Numbered from the stretch's first letter, positions 17,694-27,738 are shown. The stretch: DNA of 45,436 nucleotides from Anaerococcus sp. (GCF_022770135.1 NZ_JALEIL010000107.1:1-45436), one strand, 5' to 3'. Made by a program: numbers and translations. Notes: a model not told the origin generated them from the sequence alone.

Positions 17694-19649
17694 ATGACAG
17701 AGAAGAAAGCTTATTACATTACAACACCGATATACTATCCAAATTCTAACTTGCATATCGGAAATACCTACACATCAGTCATAGCAGATGTGCTCAAAAG
17801 ATATAAAAACTTAAAGGGCTTTGATGCCTACCTAACTACAGGAACAGACGAACACGGACAAAAGATCATGAGGACAGCCCTAGATGCTGGAACAAGTCCT
17901 CAAAAGTTTGTCGATATCATAGCAGAAGAGACAAAAGAGCTTTGGAAAAAGCTTGAAATCGACTACGATACCTTCATCAGATCTACCGAAGACCAACACG
18001 AAAAGGATGTCGCTGAAATTTTCACCAAACTTTACGAGAAAGGGGACATCTACAAGGGAGAATACAAGGGATATTACTGTACACCTTGCGAGACCTTCTG
18101 GACAGAGTCCCAACTAGAAGATGGCCACTGCCCAGATTGCGGTAGGGAAGTAGAATATCAAGAAGAAGAAACCTATTTCTTTAGACTTTCCAAATATACA
18201 GACAGATTGAAAGCACTTTTTAAAGAACATCCAGAATTCTTGGAGCCACAATTTAGGCAAAAAGAAATGCTTAACAACTTCATCGACAAGGGACTTTCTG
18301 ACCTATCTGTTACGAGAAATTCCTTTGATTGGGGAGTTGATGTGCCTTTTGATAATGAGCATGTTGTCTATGTGTGGATTGACGCCCTATCATGCTACTT
18401 ATCTGCTATAGGCTACGGAGATGACAAGGCTAAATTTGAAAGATACTGGCCTGCTGGAGTTCACCTAATCGGAAAAGATATTGTAAGATTTCATACAATA
18501 ATCTGGCCAGCCCTACTAATGGCCCTAGATCTTCCACTACCAGAGAAGGTCTTTGCCCACGGTTGGATTCTCTTCGACAATGACAAGATGAGTAAGTCTA
18601 AGGGAAATATCATGTATCCAGAACCACTCGTAGACCTTTATGGAGTAGATGCCCTCAAATTCTACATGCTCCGTGAGTTTAACTTCGGCTCTGACGGCAA
18701 CTTCTCAGCTAGAAAATACATGGAAAGATATAACTCCGACCTAGTAAATGACCTAGGTAACCTAGTATCAAGAACTACATCAATGATCGATAAATATAAC
18801 GAAGGAGTTGTAAGAAAGGGAACAGTTTCAGATAGCTTTGATGAGGAGCTTATAGCCCTTGCCGAAGAAACTTACACTAAGTTTAACAAGCTAATGGATG
18901 AGTTTAACTTTAACGCTGCCCTTGAAGCTGTTTGGACATTGATTCGTCGTGCCAACAAATACGTAGACGAGACCGAACCATGGATCTTAGGCCGTGACGA
19001 AGCTAATAAAGAAAGACTCGACAGAGTCTTATACAATCTTGCTGAAACTATCAGAATTGTAGCCCAACTAATCGAGCCAGTTATGAAAAACACAACTGCT
19101 GCTATCCTAGAAAAAATCGGTACAGATAATAAGGGATTTGAATCAGCAGGAGAATTTGGCCTTCTTGAAGAAGGAGCTAGGGTAAGTAAGGGAGCCAACC
19201 TCTTCGATAGACTTGATATAGACAAGGAACTAGTTAAGCTTCACGAGGCAAATGGTGCCCTTATAGAAAAAAGACTTAATAAGGGAAAGAAAGAAGATGA
19301 AAAATCTGAGGAATCTAACAAAGATTATATAGACTTCGAAGACTTCACCAAAGTCGACCTAGTAGTAGGCAAAATCCTAGAAGCTAAGGAACACCCAAAT
19401 GCTGACAAGCTCTTAGTTTTTAAGGTAGATATAGGAGAAGATGAGCCAAGAACAATAATTTCTGGTATCAAGAAATGGTATAATCCAGAAGACCTAGTTG
19501 GCAAAAACGTAATCGTCGTAAGAAACTTAGCTCCAAGGAAGATGCGTGGAATCGAATCTCAAGGTATGCTTCTTGCAGCAGACAATGATTGCGACCTATC
19601 CCTTCTATCAACCCTAGAGGACTTAAAGCCAGGAGCAAAGGTAAGCTAA
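17694..19649 (+). CDS. metG: Methionine--tRNA ligase with C-terminal tRNA-binding domain
   Basis: YYITTPIYY, HIGN, GTDEHGQK, Zn knuckle, YVWIDAL, KMSKS, Trbp111-like C-terminus. Confidence 0.96.
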   Translation: MTEKKAYYITTPIYYPNSNLHIGNTYTSVIADVLKRYKNLKGFDAYLTTGTDEHGQKIMRTALDAGTSPQKFVDIIAEETKELWKKLEIDYDTFIRSTEDQHEKDVAEIFTKLYEKGDIYKGEYKGYYCTPCETFWTESQLEDGHCPDCGREVEYQEEETYFFRLSKYTDRLKALFKEHPEFLEPQFRQKEMLNNFIDKGLSDLSVTRNSFDWGVDVPFDNEHVVYVWIDALSCYLSAIGYGDDKAKFERYWPAGVHLIGKDIVRFHTIIWPALLMALDLPLPEKVFAHGWILFDNDKMSKSKGNIMYPEPLVDLYGVDALKFYMLREFNFGSDGNFSARKYMERYNSDLVNDLGNLVSRTTSMIDKYNEGVVRKGTVSDSFDEELIALAEETYTKFNKLMDEFNFNAALEAVWTLIRRANKYVDETEPWILGRDEANKERLDRVLYNLAETIRIVAQLIEPVMKNTTAAILEKIGTDNKGFESAGEFGLLEEGARVSKGANLFDRLDIDKELVKLHEANGALIEKRLNKGKKEDEKSEESNKDYIDFEDFTKVDLVVGKILEAKEHPNADKLLVFKVDIGEDEPRTIISGIKKWYNPEDLVGKNVIVVRNLAPRKMRGIESQGMLLAADNDCDLSLLSTLEDLKPGAKVS

Positions 19650-20410
19650 TGGCCCTAATAGATACTCACGCCCATCTTACAGATGAGGCCTTTGATGATG
19701 ACAGGCTCTTTATAATAAGAGACCTGTCAAATTTTAATGTAAAGGCAGTAATTAATCCAGGATGCAATGTCAAAGATTCTAAATTAGCAGTAAAGCTTGC
19801 GAAAGAATTTGACAACTTCTACGCCCAAGTAGGAATCCACCCTGAAGAAGTCTCTAGGATGGGCGAAAGTGACCTAGAGATAATAGAAAAGCTTGCCCAA
19901 AATCCTAAAGTTGTGGCGATAGGCGAAATTGGCCTTGATTATTACTGGAGAGATGACAATAAGGATGAGCAAAAAGAAGTCTTTATCAAGCAATTAGAAA
20001 TGGCAAGAAGGCTGGACCTTCCTGTAGTAGTTCACACAAGAGATGTGGGAGAAGATGCCTACGAGATCCTAAAGGACTTTACTGACCTTAAGGTTCAAAT
20101 TCATTGCTTTTCGGAAGGCCTAGACCTTTTGGATAAGTATATGGACCTTGGCTTTTATATTTCAATCGGAGGAGTCGTTACCTTTTCCAATGGAGAAAAT
20201 GAGAAACTTGCCGCAAGCCATGTCGATATCAATAGGCTAATGCTTGAGACAGATAGCCCCTACCTTACTCCAGAGCCTTACAGGGGACTTAGAAATGATC
20301 CTAGAAAAATAATCGAAGTTTCCAGAGAAATAGCCAAGCTTAGGGGAATGAAACTTAAGAAACTTCAAAAGAGAACTAGCAAAAATGCAGAGGAATTTTT
20401 CGGCTTATGA
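19649..20410 (+). CDS. tatD: TatD family DNase
   Basis: IDTHAHL, GIHP, AIGEIGLDYY, LETDSPYL; start ATG overlaps the metG stop (TAATG). Confidence 0.93.
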   Translation: MALIDTHAHLTDEAFDDDRLFIIRDLSNFNVKAVINPGCNVKDSKLAVKLAKEFDNFYAQVGIHPEEVSRMGESDLEIIEKLAQNPKVVAIGEIGLDYYWRDDNKDEQKEVFIKQLEMARRLDLPVVVHTRDVGEDAYEILKDFTDLKVQIHCFSEGLDLLDKYMDLGFYISIGGVVTFSNGENEKLAASHVDINRLMLETDSPYLTPEPYRGLRNDPRKIIEVSREIAKLRGMKLKKLQKRTSKNAEEFFGL

Positions 20411-20937
20411 TAAAAGAAACTATAGTAGTAGAAGGAAAAGATGATATAGCAAATGTTAAAAGAGCGGTTGATTGTGAGATGATTGCAACCAATGGCCTTG
20501 CCTTTAGCAAGGATTTAATCGAAAGACTCAAAGAAATCGACAAAAGATGTGGGATAATCATCCTCACAGATCCTGACTATGCCGGCAAAAAGATTAGGGC
20601 AAGGATTGCAAAGCACATACCAAATGCCAAGCATGCCTATATAGATAGGAAAAAGGCCATCAAGAAAAACGACCTCGGAGTGGAAAATGCAGAGCCAGAA
20701 GTTATAATCGAAGCCCTAAGAAGGGCCAAGGCAGAGACTAAGGAGAGGGTAGAGACTTTTACCATGGCAGATTTAATAAAAAACGACCTATCTTTTGGTA
20801 AAGGCTCCAAGGAAAGAAGGGAAAAGCTCGGTGATATTTTAGGCATTGGCTATTATAATTCCAAGCAACTTCTCTCCAAGCTCAACTCCTTTGGCATAAG
20901 CCGTGAAGAATTTGAAAGGGCGGTAGACAATTTATGA
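20407..20937 (+). CDS. rnmV: Ribonuclease M5
   Basis: Toprim IVVEGKDD, ILTDPDYAGKKIR, GVENA; conserved synteny with tatD and rsmA. Confidence 0.93.
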   Translation: MIKETIVVEGKDDIANVKRAVDCEMIATNGLAFSKDLIERLKEIDKRCGIIILTDPDYAGKKIRARIAKHIPNAKHAYIDRKKAIKKNDLGVENAEPEVIIEALRRAKAETKERVETFTMADLIKNDLSFGKGSKERREKLGDILGIGYYNSKQLLSKLNSFGISREEFERAVDNL

Positions 20938-21776
20938 AAAAATTATACTCACCCAAAGTCGTAAAAGACATAATAGACCTATATAACTTTAGATTTTCCA
21001 AATCTCTGGGCCAAAACTTCTTGATAGATAAGAATTTCGTAGAAAAAATCGTAGATGCAGCAGATGTGGAGTCTTCTAACGTCCTAGAAATCGGACCGGG
21101 TATCGGAACAATCACCTACGAGATGGCAAAAACTGCAAAGAAGGTCGTAGCTATCGAGATTGACAGCTCTCTAATTCCCATCATAGAAGAAAATATGGAA
21201 GAGTTTGATAATTTCACCCTGATTCACGAGGATATCCTAAAGGCAGATCTTGAAAGAATCATCGAGGAAGAATTTGCTGGAGAGGACTTCAAGGTAGTAA
21301 GTAATCTTCCTTACTATATAACAACTCCTATCATAGAAAAACTTATAGAAACCGACCTTCCTTGTAGGGATATGACTATTATGGTCCAAAAGGAAGTTGC
21401 AGATAGGATGCTTGCCGATGAGAAAAGTAAGGAATACTCTTCTCTTTCTGTTTTTATCAAATACTACTCAGATGCAGAAAAAATCACCAATGTGCCAAAG
21501 TCAGTCTTTATGCCTCAACCTAAAATCGACTCTACTGTCCTCAAGTTAAATCTTAGAAAATACAGGAACGATGTGGATGAAAAGAAACTTTTTGCCCTAG
21601 TCCATGCAGGTTTTAACAAGAGAAGAAAGACTATCCTAAATTCCCTATCAGATGCCTGCGAAAAGGAAAAATTAAGATTAGCCTTCGATAAATTGGGTAT
21701 AAAAAATAACCTGAGGGCAGAAAACTTGTCCTTGGATGATTTTATAAATTTGACAAAAACTATTGAGACCCTATAA
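20934..21776 (+). CDS. rsmA: 16S rRNA m6,2A dimethyltransferase
   Basis: KSLGQNFL, LEIGPGIG, NLPYYITTP, MVQKEVA. Confidence 0.96.
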   Translation: MKKLYSPKVVKDIIDLYNFRFSKSLGQNFLIDKNFVEKIVDAADVESSNVLEIGPGIGTITYEMAKTAKKVVAIEIDSSLIPIIEENMEEFDNFTLIHEDILKADLERIIEEEFAGEDFKVVSNLPYYITTPIIEKLIETDLPCRDMTIMVQKEVADRMLADEKSKEYSSLSVFIKYYSDAEKITNVPKSVFMPQPKIDSTVLKLNLRKYRNDVDEKKLFALVHAGFNKRRKTILNSLSDACEKEKLRLAFDKLGIKNNLRAENLSLDDFINLTKTIETL

Positions 21777-21777
21777 T
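21750..21777 (+). promoter_or_regulatory. Consensus promoter inside the rsmA 3' end, driving the glutaredoxin gene
   Basis: TTGACA (21750-21755), 16 bp, TATAAT (21772-21777). Confidence 0.6.
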
Positions 21778-21810
21778 TAATGGGTATATATAGAGCGAAC
21801 GGAGGAGAAT

Positions 21811-22041
21811 ATGGCAGATATTAAAATTTATACATCAAATACATGTGTTTTCTGTAAGGCAGCAAAACAATATTTCAATGAAAAAGGCATCGAATTTACT
21901 GAACTTAATGTCGACAAGGATAAGGACGCTGTAGACTACCTTGTAAGCAAGGGCTACAGAGGAGTTCCTGTTATTAATATCGACGGAGAAGACATAGTTG
22001 GCTTTGACAAGGAAGCTATCGAAGCAAAACTAAATAGTTAA
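21811..22041 (+). CDS. Glutaredoxin/NrdH-like protein
   Basis: CVFC active site, GVPV, VGFD; GGAGG RBS. Confidence 0.9.
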   Translation: MADIKIYTSNTCVFCKAAKQYFNEKGIEFTELNVDKDKDAVDYLVSKGYRGVPVINIDGEDIVGFDKEAIEAKLNS

Positions 22042-22045
22042 TTTA

Positions 22046-22086
22046 AAAGGAGTAAGCTGGGATTTGGCTTGCTCCTTTATTTTTTT
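22046..22086. terminator. Bidirectional terminator
   Basis: AAAGGAGTAAGCT...GGCTTGCTCCTTT between convergent genes. Confidence 0.75.
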
Positions 22087-22924
22087 AATCAGTTTTACTA
22101 ATCTCTATGGATTGGATTACTCCCTTAAGGGAGCTTAGGGTAATTTTGTATGAATCTTTTGTTTCAAGATAGTATTTCTTGCTAGGATTTTCTTTATTTC
22201 CAGGGTCTTCTTCAATTTTCCCATTGAAATTTTTCTTAACATCTTCTATGGAATCTTCAAGCTTAATCCCCATTACCTCGAAGTCCCTGTTGTTATTTAT
22301 GACAGAAGCCTTTAGGTGGGTGATTGGAGTCTCTTCGCTAATATCTTTCCCTTCAAAAAAGGCTTCTAAGAGATAAAATTCCTTGAAGGCGTCTTTGACT
22401 TCTCCGTCCGTAAACCAGGTCGGTTTTTTCTTAGTGCTTTCTCCGAGCCTTCTGATATTAGCCATTTTGCCCTCTTCATCTTCTTTTATTTTGTAGGAAA
22501 ATCCCCTGTCTGTGAAGTCCTTTAGCCTTACTGGCATAGAATAGATTTCACCTTCTATGATAAAGCTAGCATCATCTCTTCCCCTGGTCCTATGGCCCTT
22601 ATCGGGAGACTTATCTTCGTAGGGATTTGTAGGATGGGTAATGAAAGTCTCTGCTCCAAGTAGGATTGGGTAGGTGAAGATCATCACCACATTAAGGACA
22701 AGGAGGAGGATTATGGGATGGGCGAAGTCCTTGTTTACCCCATCAATAAGAGCGCTTATGCTACCTATTAGTCCCAAGGCCATAAGGATAAAGCTTGCAA
22801 GCTTTAGAGGCCTATCAAAGCCTAGGATATCTATGTAGGAATACCTAAAGGTAAAGGATATTACAAAAATCACAAGTCCTATGATAAGACTTGCCTTATA
22901 AATTATCGACTTATCTTTTTTCAT
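22085..22924 (-). CDS. Hypothetical membrane protein (3 N-terminal TM + soluble domain)
   Basis: ORF with likely start MKKDKS at 22924 after AGAGGT RBS. Confidence 0.75.
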   Translation of the reverse strand: MKKDKSIIYKASLIIGLVIFVISFTFRYSYIDILGFDRPLKLASFILMALGLIGSISALIDGVNKDFAHPIILLLVLNVVMIFTYPILLGAETFITHPTNPYEDKSPDKGHRTRGRDDASFIIEGEIYSMPVRLKDFTDRGFSYKIKEDEEGKMANIRRLGESTKKKPTWFTDGEVKDAFKEFYLLEAFFEGKDISEETPITHLKASVINNNRDFEVMGIKLEDSIEDVKKNFNGKIEEDPGNKENPSKKYYLETKDSYKITLSSLKGVIQSIEISKTD

Positions 22925-23065
22925 TCTAACCTCTTTTCTATAGGAATATTTTATCAGATTATTGGTAAAAAGGAAATTCAATTTCTCAAATTCCTTCTTG
23001 ATGAAAACTTGCCCCTACAAAGGTAAAATACTTACTTAGAACAAGTATTGAAAGGACAAATTATT

Positions 23066-24499
23066 TTGATAAGTTTTGAAGATATTATTTCACATATATC
23101 TTATATAGATTATAAAAAAGCAAATGATGAGGCTATTAGCCAAGTTACAAATGATTCGAGAAAGGTCGATAAAGGATCTATCTTTGTAGCCATCAAGGGC
23201 TCACTTAGCGATGGGCATGATTATATAGCTTCTGCCATAGAAAAGGGCGCAAGTCTTGTAATTCACACAGCAGATATAAAAAGAGAAGATGGGATTTCTT
23301 ACATCAAGGTAGCTGATCCTAGAAAATCGCTCGCTCAAATTTCTAATCTCATCTACGATTTTCCATCAAAGAAAATGGATCTGGTCGCTGTTACTGGATC
23401 AAATGGTAAGACAACTACATCAAGGCTTATTTCCTTTCTCATGGGAGAAATCTTTGGAGACAGCGCAAGCATAGGGACAAACAATGCTGTGGTAGGCGAT
23501 GAAATAATTCCGACATCAAACACGACTCCAGATATTACTGAGGTAAATAGGATCCTTGCTAAGTGTCTTGATAAGAACATCCACCACCTAGCCCTCGAGG
23601 CTTCAAGCCATGGACTAGATCAGAAAAGACTCTACGGACTAGATATTTCCTATGGTATCTTTACCAACCTTTCCGAAGAGCACCTAGATTATCACAAGAC
23701 TATGGACAATTACTTCAAGGCCAAGATGATTTTGTTTGAAAATGCCAAGAGGACCATAGCCAATATCGACGATCCTTACGGAAAAAGAGCAAAGGACCTT
23801 TTCCCAAATACTGTAACTTTCGCTATAGATGATAAAAATGCCGATTACAGGGCAGAAGATATTAGAAAAGAAGATGGAAATATTTCCTTTAAGATTAAAG
23901 GCTGTGAATTTATCATAAGAAAAATCGCAAATTATGAAATCTACAACACCCTAGCAGCTGTGGCCTGCCTTAATCAGATGGGGGCAAGCATGGAAGAAAT
24001 CGCCGCTGCCTACGAGAAATTTAAGGGAGTTAAGTCTAGGTTTGAATATATAGAAAATGACTTGGGAATAAATATAATCCTAGACTTCGCCCATACTCCT
24101 CGTGCCTACGAAGCTCTCTTCGAGTCTGTACCAGATGGGACCAAGAAAATTGCTGTATTTGGCATAAATGGAGACAGGAACGCTCATTTTAGAAGACTTA
24201 TTGGAAATGCTTGTGGTAAGTTTGATACCTTCGCAGTCCTTACTACAGATGATCCCAAGTTTGATGATATAGACCATATCAACGAGGAGATTATTGTAGG
24301 ACTTGATGATTATAAGCAAGCCTACGTCATAAAGAAAGATAGGACAGATGCCATGGAATACGCCTTTAGGAAGGCTAGTCCTGGTGATTTTGTTTTTCTT
24401 CTCGGAAAGGGCGAGGAGAATTTTATGAAATATCACGGAAATGAGAAGACTCCTTACAGCGAGAGAGAAACTATAAAAAAGGCCTTGGCTAGGATATGA
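23066..24499 (+). CDS. murE: UDP-MurNAc-tripeptide synthetase (MurE family)
   Basis: DSRKV, VTGSNGKTTT, TTP, EASSHGL, FTNLSEEHLDYH, DFAHTP, TTDDPK. Start (TTG 23066 after AAAGGA) is uncertain. Confidence 0.85.
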   Translation: MISFEDIISHISYIDYKKANDEAISQVTNDSRKVDKGSIFVAIKGSLSDGHDYIASAIEKGASLVIHTADIKREDGISYIKVADPRKSLAQISNLIYDFPSKKMDLVAVTGSNGKTTTSRLISFLMGEIFGDSASIGTNNAVVGDEIIPTSNTTPDITEVNRILAKCLDKNIHHLALEASSHGLDQKRLYGLDISYGIFTNLSEEHLDYHKTMDNYFKAKMILFENAKRTIANIDDPYGKRAKDLFPNTVTFAIDDKNADYRAEDIRKEDGNISFKIKGCEFIIRKIANYEIYNTLAAVACLNQMGASMEEIAAAYEKFKGVKSRFEYIENDLGINIILDFAHTPRAYEALFESVPDGTKKIAVFGINGDRNAHFRRLIGNACGKFDTFAVLTTDDPKFDDIDHINEEIIVGLDDYKQAYVIKKDRTDAMEYAFRKASPGDFVFLLGKGEENFMKYHGNEKTPYSERETIKKALARI

Positions 24500-25704
24500 A
24501 AGTATTTGTAATAGGGGCAGGAGTAGCAGGCCTTGCCTTTGCAAGTTTCGCCGAAGGTCTTGATGTGACGGTAATCGATTCTAATGAAGAGGCAGGAAGG
24601 AAGCTTCTTGCAACAGGAAATGGTAGATGTAACTTTACCAGTCTCAATTATTCCAAGGACTTTTACCAAGGAGAAAATCCTGACTTTCCTACTTACGCCC
24701 TAGATTATTTCAGAAATTCTGACCTTATAGAATACTTTAAAAAGCTAGGCATAGATTCTAAGTCCCTTCCAAGCGGGAGAACCTATCCTGCCACCATGTC
24801 CGCAAGGTCTGTTAGAGATATCTTGTATTTATCTGCCAAGGATAAGGCCAAATTCATCTTTAATGAGAAAATTACTGGCATAGACCTAGAAAAGAAGTTA
24901 ATTGAAAGTGATAAGAATAAGTACAAGTATGATATCCTAGTCCTTGCAAGTGGAGGAATCACCCTCAAAAACTCAGGATCTGACGGGTCTGTTCTTGAAA
25001 TTATTAAGGATAGGCAAAAGATAACGGACCTAACTTATGGAATCACAAATTACAAAACCAGGGAGAAGCTATCCAAAAAGGCCAAGGGGACCAGGGTCAC
25101 AGCCAAGGCGAGTCTCTATCTAGGAGATAAGCTCATCAAGGAATCTACAGATGATGTGATCTTCCAATCCTATGGCCTAACGGGAACGGCTATTTTGGAT
25201 TTGTCTAATGAGATGAGCATAAGCCTTAAGAAAAATCAAAAACCTATGATAAGCCTAGACCTCTTTCCATCCTACGAGAGGGAGGAGTTAAGAATAAGGA
25301 TAAAGGACCTTGCTGAAACTTTTCCTCAAAGAACTATAGGAGAGATCCTCCTAGGCCTAATCAATGATAGGCTCATAGATGATATTGTAAAAAAGGCAAG
25401 GATTTCGATAGACAAATCTGCCAAGGACTTAAGCGATAAGGATATGGATATGCTGATCAAAGTCCTAAAGCAGATGAGATTTACTGTAAAAGATATCCAC
25501 GATAAGACAAACGCCCAGGTGACAATCGGAGGAGTCGATACAAAATTTGTCGATGATAGGACAATGAGATCAAAAATCTACCAAGATTTGTACTTTTGTG
25601 GGGAAATCCTAGATGTATCTGGTTCCTGTGGGGGGTACAATATACAGTGGGCTTTTTCCTCAGCGAAGCTAGCCTGTGACAAGATAAGGAGTATAAATGT
25701 TTAA
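24496..25704 (+). CDS. HI0933/YhiN/BaiN-family flavoprotein
   Basis: GAGVAG, GRKLLATGNGRCNFT, AQVTIGGV, GEILDVSGSCGGYNIQWAFSS. Confidence 0.9.
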   Translation: MKVFVIGAGVAGLAFASFAEGLDVTVIDSNEEAGRKLLATGNGRCNFTSLNYSKDFYQGENPDFPTYALDYFRNSDLIEYFKKLGIDSKSLPSGRTYPATMSARSVRDILYLSAKDKAKFIFNEKITGIDLEKKLIESDKNKYKYDILVLASGGITLKNSGSDGSVLEIIKDRQKITDLTYGITNYKTREKLSKKAKGTRVTAKASLYLGDKLIKESTDDVIFQSYGLTGTAILDLSNEMSISLKKNQKPMISLDLFPSYEREELRIRIKDLAETFPQRTIGEILLGLINDRLIDDIVKKARISIDKSAKDLSDKDMDMLIKVLKQMRFTVKDIHDKTNAQVTIGGVDTKFVDDRTMRSKIYQDLYFCGEILDVSGSCGGYNIQWAFSSAKLACDKIRSINV

Positions 25705-26989
25705 GATAAATAGAAAACTAAAAGAAATGAAAGATAACGGAGAAAGCATCAAGCTTGCCATAATAGGTTGCGGCAAGATGGGATCTTCCTTAATCAGCCA
25801 ATTATCAAAGATGGATGCTATGGAAGTTAAGCTTGTAGTAGATAGGACTCCACAAAAAGCTATCAAGGCCCTAGTAAATGCAGGAATCTCTGAAGATAAA
25901 ATAATATTTACAGATGACTATAATGAAGGATACGAAGTTTTGGAAAAAGGCTTTATCTGTGTATCTACTAACTACAGATTAGCCTATAAGCTCATGCAAA
26001 TAAATGCGGTAGTTGACTGTACAGGTAACCCTCCTTTTGGAGCAGTTATAGCAAGAAAAACTATCCAATACCACAAACACATGATTACCTTCAATGTAGA
26101 ATGTGATGCTGTAGTTGGCCCTGTCCTTCACGATATGGCCAAGAAGGCAGGAGTAGTTTACACAGGAATCCTTGGCGATGAGCCAGGAGCTATAATCGAC
26201 CTTGTAGAATATGCTTATGGTATGGGACTTGAAGTCTTGGTTGCAGCCAAGGGTAAGAATAACCCTCTAGATAGAGACGCGACACCAGAAAGCTTGGCAG
26301 AGAAGGCCAAAGAAAAGGGACTTTCAGCAAAGATGCTCACAAGCTTTGTCGATGGAACAAATACCATGCTAGAGCTTAACTCTGTAGCCAACGCCCTAGG
26401 TTTCTTGCCAGATGTCTTTGGTTGTCATGGAATCGACACAAGTCCAGAGACTGCTGTAGAAGATTTTAAGCTTAAGGCAGACGGAGGTAAGCTATCAAGA
26501 TACGGAGTTGTAGAATTCTCCCGTGGCATGGCTCCAGGAGTATTTATCATAGTAACAAGCGATCAAGAAGACGTAAGAGACTTAATGAAGTTCTTAGGCT
26601 TTGGAGATGGTCCAAACTACTTGATGTACAGACCATACCACCTAACAAGTCTTGAAACTCCAATTACAATCTACAAGGCTGTAGTAGAAAACGAAGCGAC
26701 AATAGTCCCTCTTCACGGCCAAGTAGCCGACACTGTAACTATTGCCAAAAGAGATATCAAGGCTGGAGAAAGACTCGAAGGAGTTGGATCAAAGACAGTT
26801 TACGGTAAACTTACTAGCCACGACAGAAGTCTTGCCGAAGACCTCTTACCAATAGCCCTAATTACAGATAAGACTAAGGCAGTAAAGGATATAGAAAAAG
26901 GCACAGTAATAGATATGTCTATGGTAGAGCTTGACGAAAAGGCAACTATCACAAGACTAAGAAGAAGACAAAACTCTATGAAATTGTAA
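25697..26989 (+). CDS. NAD(P)-dependent oxidoreductase with C-terminal SAF domain (homoserine dehydrogenase-like)
   Basis: Rossmann IIGCGKMG, GDEPG, GKNN, SFVDGT, RPYHL, AKRDIKAGERLEG. Confidence 0.85.
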   Translation: MFKINRKLKEMKDNGESIKLAIIGCGKMGSSLISQLSKMDAMEVKLVVDRTPQKAIKALVNAGISEDKIIFTDDYNEGYEVLEKGFICVSTNYRLAYKLMQINAVVDCTGNPPFGAVIARKTIQYHKHMITFNVECDAVVGPVLHDMAKKAGVVYTGILGDEPGAIIDLVEYAYGMGLEVLVAAKGKNNPLDRDATPESLAEKAKEKGLSAKMLTSFVDGTNTMLELNSVANALGFLPDVFGCHGIDTSPETAVEDFKLKADGGKLSRYGVVEFSRGMAPGVFIIVTSDQEDVRDLMKFLGFGDGPNYLMYRPYHLTSLETPITIYKAVVENEATIVPLHGQVADTVTIAKRDIKAGERLEGVGSKTVYGKLTSHDRSLAEDLLPIALITDKTKAVKDIEKGTVIDMSMVELDEKATITRLRRRQNSMKL

Positions 26990-26994
26990 ACGGG

Positions 26995-27025
26995 AGACCG
27001 ATCGTCCTAGGATAATCGGTCTTTT
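26995..27025 (+). terminator. Terminator after the SAF dehydrogenase
   Basis: AGACCGAT...ATCGGTCT-TTT. Confidence 0.65.
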
Positions 27026-27085
27026 CTATGCTTATTAAAATATGATCTGGACTAATACAAAAATAAAAATGGTAACTAGCCAAAT

Positions 27086-27157
27086 AAAAAAAGACAGGAG
27101 TGTGTTGGTTTCTCCTGTCTTTTTTGCGTCCAAAATGGAACTACTTTCCTTCTAGTC
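27086..27157 (-). ncRNA. Candidate small RNA (about 70 nt) with its own promoter and terminator
   Basis: TTGCAC (27192-27187), 17 bp, TATAAT (27169-27164); terminator AGACAGGAG...CTCCTGTCT-T6 at 27125-27086. Confidence 0.5.
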
Positions 27158-27234
27158 ACGTATATTATACAGCATATTGGTTGAAAGTGCAATAGAATTA
27201 TTTTTACAATACCGATGTCAAGTAAATCAAATTA

Positions 27235-27669
27235 TTAATTAAACAATTTTAGATACTCTCCGTAGCCTTCTTCTTCCATTTTCTCCTTGGGTATAAATCT
27301 AAGGCTTGCTCCATTTATACAGAATCTGAGACCTCCCTTATCCTTGGGACCGTCAGGAAAGACATGGCCTAGGTGGCTGTCTGCGGACTTACTCCTTACC
27401 TCTCTTCGTACCATGCCGTGGCTTAGGTCGACTTCTTCCTTGATTTCGCCTTCGTCGATCGCCTTAGTAAAAGAAGGCCAACCGCAACCTGCATCGTACT
27501 TATCAAGTGATGAGAAAAGGGCCTTGCCACTAACTATATCTACATAGATTCCCTCTTCGTAGAAGTCGTCATAGGGACTTGAGAAGGGTCTTTCTGTGGC
27601 ATTTTCTTGGGTTACCCTGTAGGAAATGTCGCTTAATTTATTTTTTAAATCTTTCTTGTTGTAATTCAT
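27235..27669 (-). CDS. msrB: Peptide-methionine (R)-S-oxide reductase
   Basis: [31 protein letters not shown]. Confidence 0.95.
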   Translation of the reverse strand: MNYNKKDLKNKLSDISYRVTQENATERPFSSPYDDFYEEGIYVDIVSGKALFSSLDKYDAGCGWPSFTKAIDEGEIKEEVDLSHGMVRREVRSKSADSHLGHVFPDGPKDKGGLRFCINGASLRFIPKEKMEEEGYGEYLKLFN

Positions 27670-27738
27670 AGTTACTCCTTTTTATCACTATACGATTCTT
27701 TCATATGATAGTATAATGAAGATTATTAGGAGGAAATT

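Noticed and set aside
24080-24544. 154-aa minus-strand ORF and the many other short antisense ORFs in the track
   Set aside because: They are shadows of well-supported genes on the opposite strand or in another frame, lacking RBSs and motifs.
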